Positions 49,641 to 59,800 of a stretch of DNA of 64,000 nt are shown here, one piece after another. The position numbers were made by a program, and so were the translations under genes. The notes under the pieces were generated by a model, which worked only from the letters and a program-made list of their open reading frames with translations, ran no database searches and had not been told where the DNA came from. Every line of letters starts with the position of its first letter. Position 1 is the stretch's first letter. Source of the DNA: an uncultured Candidatus Saccharibacteria bacterium (GTDB taxonomy: Bacteria; Patescibacteriota; Minisyncoccia; Phycocordibacterales; PALSA-1337); assembly GCA_964459225.1 (NCBI GenBank), contig CAYWKB010000001.1, forward strand, positions 289,318-353,317, written 5' to 3'.

Positions 49641-49684
49641 ATAGAAAATGGTGGTGTTATGGAATTTAGGATTTAGGTAATAAA
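49641..49684 (+). repeat. Diverged duplicate of the ychF 3' end (att-like scar)
   Basis: Reads NGGVMEFRI* versus DGDVMEFKI*, offset exactly 140 bp, both followed by GTAA. Confidence 0.75.
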
Positions 49685-49766
49685 ATTACCAAAACAAATG
49701 AGTAAATAATTTAGTTTACATGTTTTTACTTATGTTGTAACCTATAATGAGAAGGAGAACATTTTC

Positions 49767-50243
49767 ATGAATGAACAAATCGTCTTTGATACTAGGCCAG
49801 CTGGCGTTGAGTTTGTAGAAAGAATTTCTGGGTGTTACATCAGAAATGGTGAAGAGGCTTTATTTTTACAACATGCTGAGAATAGCGTTAAGCCATATGC
49901 TGGTAAATGGGGCTTAGTTGGTGGAAAAAGGCAAAAAGATGAAACACCTAAAGAAACAATGATTCGTGAATGTCGTGAGGAGACTGGGCTTCGGATGAAC
50001 GAAGGTGATCTACGATTATACAGGAGATTTTTCGTGATTTATCCTCCACCAACTCCTCCATTCATATATTTTGTATATGACTACCATTTGTTCAGACGTT
50101 TCAAACCAACTATCAGCCCTGAACACACTGATTATCGCTGGGAAAAAATTCAGAACATGACATGTAACGAACTCATGCCGGGACAATTTGAGGTGAATCA
50201 GAGAGTTTTCCCGGGTTGTTTCAATAAAATCACTGTACACTGA
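49767..50243 (+). CDS. NUDIX hydrolase
   Basis: Nudix box GGKRQKDETPKETMIRECREETGL. Confidence 0.9.
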   Translation: MNEQIVFDTRPAGVEFVERISGCYIRNGEEALFLQHAENSVKPYAGKWGLVGGKRQKDETPKETMIRECREETGLRMNEGDLRLYRRFFVIYPPPTPPFIYFVYDYHLFRRFKPTISPEHTDYRWEKIQNMTCNELMPGQFEVNQRVFPGCFNKITVH

Positions 50244-50288
50244 CACCCTTTACCGAGGTGGCTTTTCATGGTAGTATGTCAGGGTATT

Positions 50289-50396
50289 ATGAAAAAGTTG
50301 TGCGGTATGAATATGACAGTACTACTGATCATATCCGTAGTACTGGGCCTTGCTCTTTTTTTCATGCTAGACCTTGCTGGTCTTGCAGGCCGATAA
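50289..50396 (+). CDS. Putative 35-aa hydrophobic peptide (below ORF-track cutoff)
   Basis: MKKLCGMNMTVLLIISVVLGLALFFMLDLAGLAGR, preceded by TGgTAGTAT and followed by a hairpin. Confidence 0.45.
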   Translation: MKKLCGMNMTVLLIISVVLGLALFFMLDLAGLAGR

Positions 50397-50413
50397 TAAT
50401 CGGCAAATTTCAG

Positions 50414-50453
50414 AAGGCTGGGCATCGAAAAACGATGCTCAGCTTTTCCTTTT
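50414..50453 (+). terminator. Terminator between convergent genes
   Basis: GCTGGGCATCG-aaaaa-CGATGCTCAGC-TTTT. Confidence 0.75.
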
Positions 50454-51027
50454 AAAAGGGTAATGTAAAAGTCATAGCACTTTCCTCTACTTTTTCCCAA
50501 TCTTTTGTATTGAGTTTTATATCCTTCAATACTCCCATATCTTTGTATTTTAATTTACCATTTTGTAGTGCATAGTCATAAACCTTTTTTGTGATTTTTA
50601 CATCTTCAATGCAATATTTTATTATCTTGTCTATTTCACCTGTTTTCCACCATTCTACTGCCTCGAGTCCATGCCCGCTTTTATTTACTCCAAGTGTTGC
50701 CTCCGCTATTGTGTCGAGCTTTATTCTCCTACCTAGTGAATTTTTAATTTCTCTTAGTAAATCTAGGCTTTTGATTTTAGTTAAATCGCCTGAATAGTAT
50801 TTGTTTAAGAGGGGAATATCAAAGTGATCACCGTTGAAGGTTATCAACATATCTGCTTGTTCAAGTATTGGCCAGAGTTTTGGTAAGTCTTCTTGTAAAT
50901 AACTACTGTATTCATCAGTTTTAGAATCATGTATGCATACTACAGATATATCCAAGTCTACTGGATCATTTGAATTTACATCAGAAAATATGTTCCTTGT
51001 TTCTATATCAAATGTTATTTTCCTCAT
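50452..51027 (-). CDS. RNase H-like (YprB/RNase_H_2) exonuclease-fold protein
   Basis: FDIET, TFNGDHFDIP, YCIEDV (DEDD-like). Confidence 0.85.
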   Translation of the reverse strand: MRKITFDIETRNIFSDVNSNDPVDLDISVVCIHDSKTDEYSSYLQEDLPKLWPILEQADMLITFNGDHFDIPLLNKYYSGDLTKIKSLDLLREIKNSLGRRIKLDTIAEATLGVNKSGHGLEAVEWWKTGEIDKIIKYCIEDVKITKKVYDYALQNGKLKYKDMGVLKDIKLNTKDWEKVEESAMTFTLPF

Positions 51028-51031
51028 AGTA

Positions 51032-52324
51032 TTAAATTAGTTTAATGTTTTCGATTGTATATGACTTTTCTTCACCTGATTGAAGATTTTTGAGTTTTAA
51101 ATTTCCTGTTTTCATTTCTTCTTCACCTATGCAAATTATATTTGGTATTTTATTTTTATCGGCATTTTTGATTTGATCTCCTATTTTCCTGTATGAATAA
51201 TCTATTGAAACATTTATACCTTTATTTCGCATTTCTTTTGCGAGATTTTGTGCATAAGTTGAATACTCTTCACCCATAAGGCATAAATATACTTGTGAAG
51301 GATTTGCATTTGCACCCTTTAGATTTCCATAAGTTTCGATTAAGTCTCTTGCTGTTACATCACCAGCACCAAAACCAACTGCAGGAACTTTGTCTCCGCC
51401 AAAAAGTGATAGTAAATCATCATATCTTCCACCACCAAATACCGATCTTCTGTTTATTGGATTTTTATCAAATACTTCAAAAACTATTCCGGTATAATAA
51501 TCAAAACCTCTCATAAGAGTTTGGTCAAATCTTGCATTTGTTATACCCAACTTCGCCAAGCTATCTATAACTTGTCTTATTTCTTTTAATCCTTGATGCT
51601 CCTCACTTGTTTGTTTTAAATGAGTTGTGAATTCCTCAAAATTTTGTGAATTTAAAAGAGTTAGAAATTTATCTGTATTTGATTTTAATATTTCTTTTGA
51701 ATTTTGTATAAATGCCTCTGGCGTTATCTTGTCCTTTTTGTCTATTAACTTTGATATTGTATATGCTTCATCATCAGTTAAACTAAATACTTCTTTACTT
51801 ATATAATTCATTAACTTTCGATTATTTATTAGTATTTCAAAGTTATCAGGCTTTAAACCATATGAAAGGGTAATATCATAAGCCATTTGAATTATTTCAA
51901 TTTCTGCATCCAAACTTTCAACTCCAAATATATCCACATTTAATTGCCAGTGTTCACGCAATCTTCCACGTTGTGGTTGTTCATATCTAAATAGATTTGG
52001 AATAGAAAACCAACGCAGGGGATATGCAAGCTCCCTTTTTTTGCCTGCCACCATACGAGCAACTGTCGGAGTCATTTCGGGTCTTAATGTGATATCTCTT
52101 CCTCCACGATCGGTAAAGGTATATGTTTGCTTTTCGACTATTTCTTCTCCTGACTTTTCAATATATAATTCTGCGGGCTCAATAACAGATGCGCTGTATT
52201 CACTATATCCATATTTTTGTACATTTGATTTCCAAATATCAAAAATCTGATTTTGAATAGCCATGTCCTCAGGGTAAAAGTCTCGCACACCTTTATACGA
52301 ATCAGTTGATAACTTTTTATTCAT
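51032..52324 (-). CDS. hisS: Histidine--tRNA ligase
   Basis: KGVRDF, LRPEMT, FRYEQPQRGRLRE, RGFDYYTG, GGGRYD; ATG 52324 preferred. Confidence 0.97.
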   Translation of the reverse strand: MNKKLSTDSYKGVRDFYPEDMAIQNQIFDIWKSNVQKYGYSEYSASVIEPAELYIEKSGEEIVEKQTYTFTDRGGRDITLRPEMTPTVARMVAGKKRELAYPLRWFSIPNLFRYEQPQRGRLREHWQLNVDIFGVESLDAEIEIIQMAYDITLSYGLKPDNFEILINNRKLMNYISKEVFSLTDDEAYTISKLIDKKDKITPEAFIQNSKEILKSNTDKFLTLLNSQNFEEFTTHLKQTSEEHQGLKEIRQVIDSLAKLGITNARFDQTLMRGFDYYTGIVFEVFDKNPINRRSVFGGGRYDDLLSLFGGDKVPAVGFGAGDVTARDLIETYGNLKGANANPSQVYLCLMGEEYSTYAQNLAKEMRNKGINVSIDYSYRKIGDQIKNADKNKIPNIICIGEEEMKTGNLKLKNLQSGEEKSYTIENIKLI

Positions 52325-52343
52325 AAGGTACATTGTAACAAAT

Positions 52344-53042
52344 ATGTATTTAACTTACAAAAATATTGGTGAGACACCGCTTGAATGTTTAGAAAGGGTA
52401 AGAAAGGAAAATGGAAAGCCACAAAGCGTTCCAATGACTTATGCTGGAAGATTGGATCCTATGGCAGAGGGCCTGCTTGTTATACTTCAAAATGAAGAAT
52501 GTAAAGACAAGGAAAAGTACACAAAAATGGATAAAGAATACGAACTTGAAGTTTTGTTTGGTGTATCTACAGATAGTTATGATGTATTAGGTAAAATAAT
52601 CGAAATAGAAAAGAAATCTTTTGATAATATAGATATTTCAAAATACAAAGGTAAATTTATACAAAAATATCCTAGATATTCATCAAAAATAATCGCAATG
52701 AAGGAAATACCAGATGAAGATGAAATGCCTACAAAAGAAGTTGAAATATATGATATTGAACAAATAGGTTCAAATGCAATGTCAGGTGAAAAGATTTCTA
52801 AAAAAGTAATTGAAAATATTAAAAAAGTTAATGGAGATTTCAGACAAGACGAAATAATTCCACTTTGGGAAAAGTTTGGTATTGATTACGCAAAAGTGAT
52901 TTTTATAATTTTAAAATACAGAGTTGCTTGTTCGAGTGGAACATATATGCGAAGTTTAGCAAATAATATTGGTAATGATATGAGTATTCCTGCTTTAGCT
53001 TTTTCAATTAAAAGAACGAGAATAAATGGCTATAAGATTTAG
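52344..53042 (+). CDS. truB: tRNA pseudouridine(55) synthase, short CPR-type
   Basis: YAGRLDPMAEGLL, KEY, TDSYD..G, CSSGTYMRSLA. Confidence 0.88.
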   Translation: MYLTYKNIGETPLECLERVRKENGKPQSVPMTYAGRLDPMAEGLLVILQNEECKDKEKYTKMDKEYELEVLFGVSTDSYDVLGKIIEIEKKSFDNIDISKYKGKFIQKYPRYSSKIIAMKEIPDEDEMPTKEVEIYDIEQIGSNAMSGEKISKKVIENIKKVNGDFRQDEIIPLWEKFGIDYAKVIFIILKYRVACSSGTYMRSLANNIGNDMSIPALAFSIKRTRINGYKI

Positions 53043-53062
53043 CAATATGTTAATATGTATAT

Positions 53063-54049
53063 ATGAGAAAGGTAATTATTAAGGAGGGGCCTATAGTATT
53101 CCTAAGGGATGTTTTTATTATGGAAATATTGGCCACAGTGCTATTTTTCTTTGCGTCCTTCCTTGCTAACTATGAAATGTTGTATAAATCATTTTCTGTA
53201 TCACATCTCATAAGATATGATATTTTTACAATAATTGTATTTTCACTATTTCAATTATCGTATATTTGTATTTTATTTTTAAATTGGTATTTTTCTAGAT
53301 TTGAAATTCATGAAAAAGAAATAATAAGGAAATCTGGATTATTATTTAAACGCAGGAAATCTGTGAGTCTATATGATGTTGCATCCGTTGAGGTGTATCA
53401 AAGTCCATTAGGCAGACTTATGAATCACGCTACTATAATTTTGGAACATAATAATGGCAGAGTTACAAAAATGAAAAATATAGGAAATTTTGATGAATAT
53501 GTTTTTAATATAAAACAATTAGTACACAATGCATCTGGGCGAGTGCTAAGTAGGGATATAAAATCTCTTTTGAGTGAGGGGGAAAGTTCATATTTAGAAT
53601 ACAAGGAGACAATGAGATATGATGGGAGAAAGGGGGAAGTTAGTAAGGATTTAGAAAAAGTAATTATCAAAACAATAGTTGGATTTTTGAATTCAAATGG
53701 TGGAACTTTACTTATTGGTGTTAATGATTATGGAAGACCTGTCGGATTAGAGGGTGATTATAAAACATTAATTAAAAAAAATAGGGACGGTTTTGAAAAT
53801 CATTTAAATATGCTTATAAAGACTATGATAGGTCTTGGATTTTCTAAATACATAAATATTAAATTTGAAAAAGTTGTGGAGGATAATAAAGAATTTGATA
53901 TTTGTATGGTTATAGTCAATGAGGGACATAAACCAGCGTATCTTATAAATGGAGATAAAAAAGAGGATTTTTATGTGAGGGTGGGGAATACTACTCAGCC
54001 CTTTAATATGAGCGAGGCGTCTGATTATATAAAGACAAAGTGGGGTTGA
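53063..54049 (+). CDS. 2-TM + bacterial PH domain + Schlafen/AlbA_2 domain fusion
   Basis: RKSGLLFKR..V.SVEVYQSPLGRLMN (bPH_2-like); GESSYLEYK, FLNSNGGTLLIGVND, FYVRVG (AlbA_2). Confidence 0.85.
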   Translation: MRKVIIKEGPIVFLRDVFIMEILATVLFFFASFLANYEMLYKSFSVSHLIRYDIFTIIVFSLFQLSYICILFLNWYFSRFEIHEKEIIRKSGLLFKRRKSVSLYDVASVEVYQSPLGRLMNHATIILEHNNGRVTKMKNIGNFDEYVFNIKQLVHNASGRVLSRDIKSLLSEGESSYLEYKETMRYDGRKGEVSKDLEKVIIKTIVGFLNSNGGTLLIGVNDYGRPVGLEGDYKTLIKKNRDGFENHLNMLIKTMIGLGFSKYINIKFEKVVEDNKEFDICMVIVNEGHKPAYLINGDKKEDFYVRVGNTTQPFNMSEASDYIKTKWG

Positions 54050-54152
54050 CATTATATTATATTAATGTTAACATCAGAAACGGTTTAAATAGATACCAGA
54101 AGAATATCTGGATAATATCTGTTTATAGTTAGTAAATTGAAAACATACTGTT

Positions 54153-54404
54153 ATGTCAGACAAAATATCGGTTGTGGTTAAACAAATAGTTAGGGATGTT
54201 CGTACTCCCTACGTGGTCACAGTGCCTCAGGTGGGTCAAAACCTCTCTGGTATCAGGGCTGGTGACACTATAACTTTTACCCTTAGCATATGGGACGGAG
54301 ATGAGCTTTTTGCTGATCAGGTACTGTCGCTCGAAAGGTCGAAGGTTGTGAGGAGCCAAAAAGGATTCCGTTGTACGGGAGGCATTTCTTCTGTGAGTAT
54401 CTGA
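54153..54404 (+). CDS. Small hypothetical beta-rich protein
   Basis: 83 aa, downstream of a TTGACA..TGtTAACAT promoter at 54046-54074. Confidence 0.6.
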   Translation: MSDKISVVVKQIVRDVRTPYVVTVPQVGQNLSGIRAGDTITFTLSIWDGDELFADQVLSLERSKVVRSQKGFRCTGGISSVSI

Positions 54405-54445
54405 AAAATAGAAACAAGAAAAAAGAAAAGAGAAAGAGAAATAGA

Positions 54446-55717
54446 ATGAAAGAAGCTAAGAAATCTTCGGTTATCACGACTAAAATCTCCGATTTAAATG
54501 AGGAATTCTTTGTAAGAGTTTCCTTGAACCAGGAGAGGGTCAATTTTTTGGCCGGCTTACTTGTTAATGAAACAGTACTCGATCCAATCGAGATTTCCAT
54601 GTTGGAGGGTAAGTTGGTTGTTGTTGATGGTAGGCATAGGGTGGCAGCAAATTCGGCGGTTGGCAATCATGAGGTTGAGTGTACTGTCTTAGAATTTGAC
54701 AGTAAAGCGTCTATGATTTCATATGCCTTTTTGAAAAACTCTGGCGGTTCATTACAAGCTACATCAGCTGACGCACTTCATGTCATAAGGGTTCTTTTGT
54801 CTGAAGGACTGAGGCATAGAGAAGTTGTTGCGCAACTATCGAAATCAGGTAGTTATTCACCAAGAACCATTCAAAAATGGGTCAAAGATGTATCCACTGA
54901 GAATTACAGGAAATCCTTGAGGGATGCTGTGAGGCATATTTCAGAGGGTAAGACTGTTGATCAGGCCTCTGAGCTTACTGGGTTAAAAAAAGAGCAAATT
55001 CAGAGGGGGTTAAATCCATCTGCTTTTGCTCCTTTGGGTGGCGGGCCTGCTGATAAGTTGAAGGGAAAGGTTTCTACCGAGTTCCACCGTTTCAATCTAT
55101 CTCTTGGTCAACATTCCAACTCACTAACAAGGGAAGTTAATTCTGGGTTGATTACTCCGGAACAAGCCAGGGGCATTATTGCCGAATGGGGTCGTAGGGT
55201 TTCAAATGTTCAAAAGCAATTTGCTAATACTCAGGCGAGATTATCAAAGGTGCTTGAGATCTATGAAAATCTTGGACACACACAATTAGCTCGAGTTGAA
55301 CCGGGTCCTACTAGGACGAAACATAACACTGATCATGGGGCAAACCATTCAGACACCACACCTAACGGTGGTATGGCTGTAAAAAAGCCAGTCAAGGTAT
55401 TAACACCATCTCAAATCAAGAAGACTGATGAAGTCTTCAGAAAGATGGGTATCTCACCTAAAGATCACAAAAAGATCACAGAGGAAGAGTTTGTTCTGAG
55501 GGCGATCAGGGAAATCAGGAAGGGTACTGAATTTCCTGGTATTCATACTGTGTTCACAGGGTTTAATGATGCGTTTCGACGGTATTTTGGTGACGGATCA
55601 AACCCGGTTGAGGCAATCACCAAACTCAGGGATGATGGAAAAATATTCATCATGGTTTCAAGAAAGGGTTCGGTAATCAATCTCGCTGAAGACAGAAAGG
55701 ATAAGTCAAACAGCTGA
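54446..55717 (+). CDS. ParB/Srx N-terminal domain protein with HTH and an extra C-terminal domain
   Basis: VVVDGRHRVAA; ATG 54446 after a purine tract; C-terminal EEFVLRAI..GIHTVFTGFNDAFRRYF module. Confidence 0.75.
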   Translation: MKEAKKSSVITTKISDLNEEFFVRVSLNQERVNFLAGLLVNETVLDPIEISMLEGKLVVVDGRHRVAANSAVGNHEVECTVLEFDSKASMISYAFLKNSGGSLQATSADALHVIRVLLSEGLRHREVVAQLSKSGSYSPRTIQKWVKDVSTENYRKSLRDAVRHISEGKTVDQASELTGLKKEQIQRGLNPSAFAPLGGGPADKLKGKVSTEFHRFNLSLGQHSNSLTREVNSGLITPEQARGIIAEWGRRVSNVQKQFANTQARLSKVLEIYENLGHTQLARVEPGPTRTKHNTDHGANHSDTTPNGGMAVKKPVKVLTPSQIKKTDEVFRKMGISPKDHKKITEEEFVLRAIREIRKGTEFPGIHTVFTGFNDAFRRYFGDGSNPVEAITKLRDDGKIFIMVSRKGSVINLAEDRKDKSNS

Positions 55718-55737
55718 TCCTAATCGTCGTATTTCAC

Positions 55738-55773
55738 AAGTCGTCACTCCGAGAACGGGGTGGCGATTTTTTA
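55738..55773 (+). terminator. Terminator
   Basis: TCGTCACTCCG-agaa-CGGGGTGGCGA-TTTTTT. Confidence 0.8.
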
Positions 55774-55913
55774 TTTTACTTAATTGATACAATAAATTGA
55801 TTGACAGCAAGTTATAAATGTGATTATATGAATATAGGAAAAAACACGGTTTCAACAGAAAGTTGACCCCAGATGTTTTAAATGCAGAAAATCGACAATC
55901 AACGATCAGTAAT

Positions 55914-56756
55914 ATGAAAATGTACTTTCCTTACATAACTATTTGCGGTATTCCATTTGTCAGTATGGAAAAAATTGCCAAGGCCGGTTTCAATGGTGTC
56001 GAAATACACCTAGCTGGACATCGGAGTCCTAGGACTTTGATGAAAGCCATTAAGAAAGCAGAGAAATTAGGTCTGGAGGTCACACTCCATCAAGCATGGA
56101 GCCTGAGTGAAAATCCTACACATTTTACCAACCATGTACTTAACTGGCTTGGTTGTTTGCCAAAAGACGGTTACACACTTCACGAACATTTTAAAGGTTT
56201 AGAGCGATATCCTAAGGTTGTTTATGCCGATAGGGTTTTGGATGTTGAACAGTACGGTCAGGCTGGGTTAATGGCAGAAGAAAATTTCTGGCTTCAGACC
56301 ATAAGTACTTTTGGTCCTATTGGTAGGCATAAAATGCCATTCGCAATGTTTATTAGTTGTATTGAAAATAAACCTCATCCTTTAGTATTCGATACTCAAC
56401 ATTTCCTTGAGTACTATGAAGGTGTGAGAGGAGTCTCCGGACTTACCTGGTCTACACCCGAAAGACTACTCGGAATACTGATGTTGTATTGGAGTCAGTT
56501 CGGTTCACAGGTTAGAGAAATACACCTTGTGGACTTTGATCATAATCTCGGTCATGACAAGGGTAGAAATGTAATGTTGGGTACAGGCGTACTACCACTA
56601 ATGGATTTCGGTGCACATGTGATGGCAAGTGGTCATTTGCCAAGTATTATCACTCCTGAGGTCAATCCACTGAAGCTTTTAAGGGCTTCTGCTCAAGACC
56701 TTAGGAAAGTTGCAGACTATGCTCGATCGTGTTTCCCTGGTGCTACATGGGAATAG
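55914..56756 (+). CDS. TIM-barrel protein, sugar phosphate isomerase/AP endonuclease 2-like
   Basis: AGFNGVEI, TLH, LVFDTQH, EIHLVD, LGTGVLP, PE. Confidence 0.7.
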   Translation: MKMYFPYITICGIPFVSMEKIAKAGFNGVEIHLAGHRSPRTLMKAIKKAEKLGLEVTLHQAWSLSENPTHFTNHVLNWLGCLPKDGYTLHEHFKGLERYPKVVYADRVLDVEQYGQAGLMAEENFWLQTISTFGPIGRHKMPFAMFISCIENKPHPLVFDTQHFLEYYEGVRGVSGLTWSTPERLLGILMLYWSQFGSQVREIHLVDFDHNLGHDKGRNVMLGTGVLPLMDFGAHVMASGHLPSIITPEVNPLKLLRASAQDLRKVADYARSCFPGATWE

Positions 56757-56774
56757 ATCAGGATGCTTTGCGCG

Positions 56775-56807
56775 ATCACCATTCCGGAGACGGGGTGGTG
56801 ATTTTTT
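56775..56807 (+). terminator. Terminator, similar in sequence to 55738
   Basis: ATCACCATTCCG-gaga-CGGGGTGGTGAT-TTTTT. Confidence 0.75.
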
Positions 56808-59800
56808 ATACCAAAACCTTTACATTATCTATCAAAATACTTTTCTGACCATTTCTTTCTGATACCTTTCCTTTTACCGCCAGACATTTATCAGCCACAA
56901 ATGCAATTTTAAATTGTGCTAGGACTTTTGGAAATACTACTGTATCTATTTCACCTGTAAAATCTGAAACCTTTACAAATGCCATTGCATCTCCTTTTTT
57001 TGTGTTCAAGGATCTTATTTCTGTAACTATACATGCAATCATAACTTCTGTTCCATCTTTTAATTCTTCCTTTAATTTTTTTATATTCATGTCTCGCTTT
57101 TGTATTGTCTCTCTGTATTTATCTAGTGGATGTCCGGAAATATACAATCCTAAAAGCTCTTTTTCCCATGCTAACTTTTCTTTTACATCTGCATTTGGTA
57201 CTTCTTCGAGTTTTAGACTTGGCAGGGTAGATGAATCTGACATTAATCCCCACAGTGAATCTTGATTATCTGCCTGCTTTCCTTTTTCTTTATTATATGC
57301 GAGTAATGTTTCGATATTTCCAAGTAATAGTCCTCTATCATGTCCAAAACTATCCAATGCTCCTGCTTTTATTAGTGCTTCTAATGATTTTTTATTTAGA
57401 TTTTTGTCCTTTACTCTGTCTAGGAAATCCACCAAAGATGTAAATCTTCCACCACGCTTCCTCTCTTCAATTATTGCTGTTGAAATTCCTTGACCAAAGT
57501 TTTTGATTGTTACTAGTCCGAAGCGGATGGTGTCTTTCGGCTCGGGAATAGTGTCTCCTCCTGGCCCTGCGAAACTCGCTTCGCTATCGCTACGCTCAGA
57601 CAGTCCTCGGGCCATCGAAGACACTATTCCCGAGCCTTTGACCACCGTAAACTGACTAAAACTTTCATTTATATCGGGTGGAAGTATGGGAATATTCATT
57701 CTTTTACATTCACCGATTATTTCTGCTATTTTTTCTACATCACCTGCATCTGCTGTAAGTACGGCTGACATATATATAGCAGGGAAATTTGCTTTCATAT
57801 ATGCAGTTTGATATGCGACTAATCCATAACTCGCGGCATGGGACTTATTAAATCCGTAAGCAGCAAAGGGCTCAATTAATTTCCAAAGTGTATTGGCATC
57901 TTTTTTCTTCATTCCATTTTTTACTAGTCCGGACATAAGCTTTTCTTTTTGCTCTTCCATTTCTTTTGGAATCTTTTTTCCCATTGCCTTACGTAGCTTA
58001 TCTGCCTCAAGCCATGAATATCCTCCAAGCTTAATAGCAATCATCATAACGTCATCCTGATAGGTTATAACTCCATAAGACATGTCCAAAATATCTTTCA
58101 TTCTTGGATCCAAATACTCTATTTTTGAATTATCATGCTTTCGTTCTATATATTGAGGAATTGATTCTAGTGGTCCTGGACGATATAGGGCTACCATGGC
58201 GTTTATGTCGTGTATTCTTGATGGCTTTAGATCAACTAGGAATTTTGTCATACCAGTTCCATTTAGCTGGAACACTCCTGTTGTTTCTCCACGAGCCAAC
58301 ATTTCAAATGTCTTTGTATCGTCTCTTGGTATATTTTCAATATCAATTTCAATATTTTCTATTTTCTTTACTCTATCTACCGCATCGGCAAGTATTGAAA
58401 GATTTTTGATTCCCAAAAAGTCGAATTTCAAAAGTCCTACACCGTCTTCACCGACTGCATGCATATCATATTGGGTGATGATTTTTTTGACTGGATTTCC
58501 ATTTGCGTCTTCTTTGCTTTTGGTATCGTATTGAAGTGGTACAAATTCGGTCAGTGGTTCAGGAGCAATAACAACACCGGCAGCGTGAACAGAAATGTGT
58601 CTTGCACAGCCTTCTATTTTTTTTGCCATGTCTATTATTTTTCGTGTATCTTCTTCTTTTTCATACGCTTCTTTTAATTCTGCTACTTCAGTTAGAGCAC
58701 GATCAATAGTCATGGGGAAACCTTGCGCACCAAGAGGAATGAGTTTTGATATTCTATCTGCAACTGCGTACTCATATCCCATAGCACGTGCAATATCACG
58801 CACAGCACCTTTTGCCATCATAGTTCCAAATGTTCCTATTTGCGCCACATGATCATGGCCATACTTTTTTCTTGCATAATCAATAACCTCATCTCGTCTA
58901 TTATCGGCAAAGTCCATATCGATATCGGGAGCTGACGGTCTTTCGGGATTTAGAAATCTTTCGAAGGGAAGTTTAAAGGCAAGCGGATCTACATTTGTAA
59001 TTCTTGTTACATAAGTTGTAAGTGAGCCGGCAACGGAACCTCGAATATTTGTAAGTATTCCATTTTCATGTGCGTATTTTAAAAGATCAGATACCACTAG
59101 GAAATACTGCGCATATCCCTTATCTTTTATAACTTTTAATTCATATTCAAGTCTATCCACAACTTCCTTACTCATTTCCAAACCTCTTTTCGGTATTCCT
59201 TCATATGCCAATCTTTTTAATTCGTCATCATGAGATAGGCCACTTTCAACAATAAATTTTGGAAAATACCATTTACCTAATGTTAATTCTAGATTGCATT
59301 CATTTGCGATTTTCACAGTATTGTCTAGCGCTTCGGGAATATCTCGGAAAAGTTCTTCAGCCTTTTCACTTGAAATAAATGAAAAATCTTCTTCATTTTC
59401 ATCACCATTAATATTTGTATTTGATGAATTCCTATCTGACATATCGCCTGCAGTGTTAACAAGTGTTAGCATTTCACGAGCAGATCTATCATCTGAATTT
59501 ATATAGTAAACATCTTGTCCAGCTACTATTTGTGTATTTGTTTCTTTTGCTAATTTGATTAATTGTTGCATTAAACCTTCATGACCTTGTATTTCATTAT
59601 GTCTTGTTATTTCAATATAAAAATTATCAGCGCCGTATACTTTTTTATAATATTCAATATGTTCTTTTGCTTTTTCTACATTTTTATTTTTCAATGCTGT
59701 TGAAATTTCACTAGAAAAAGAAGGAGCAATACAAATCAAATCAGAATTATATTTTTCTATTAATTCTCTATCAATACGAGGCTTATAATAAAATCCTTCA

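Noticed and set aside
57539-57636. Intein or self-splicing intron in dnaE
   Set aside because: Far too short, no C/S...HN intein ends and no group I/II core motifs.
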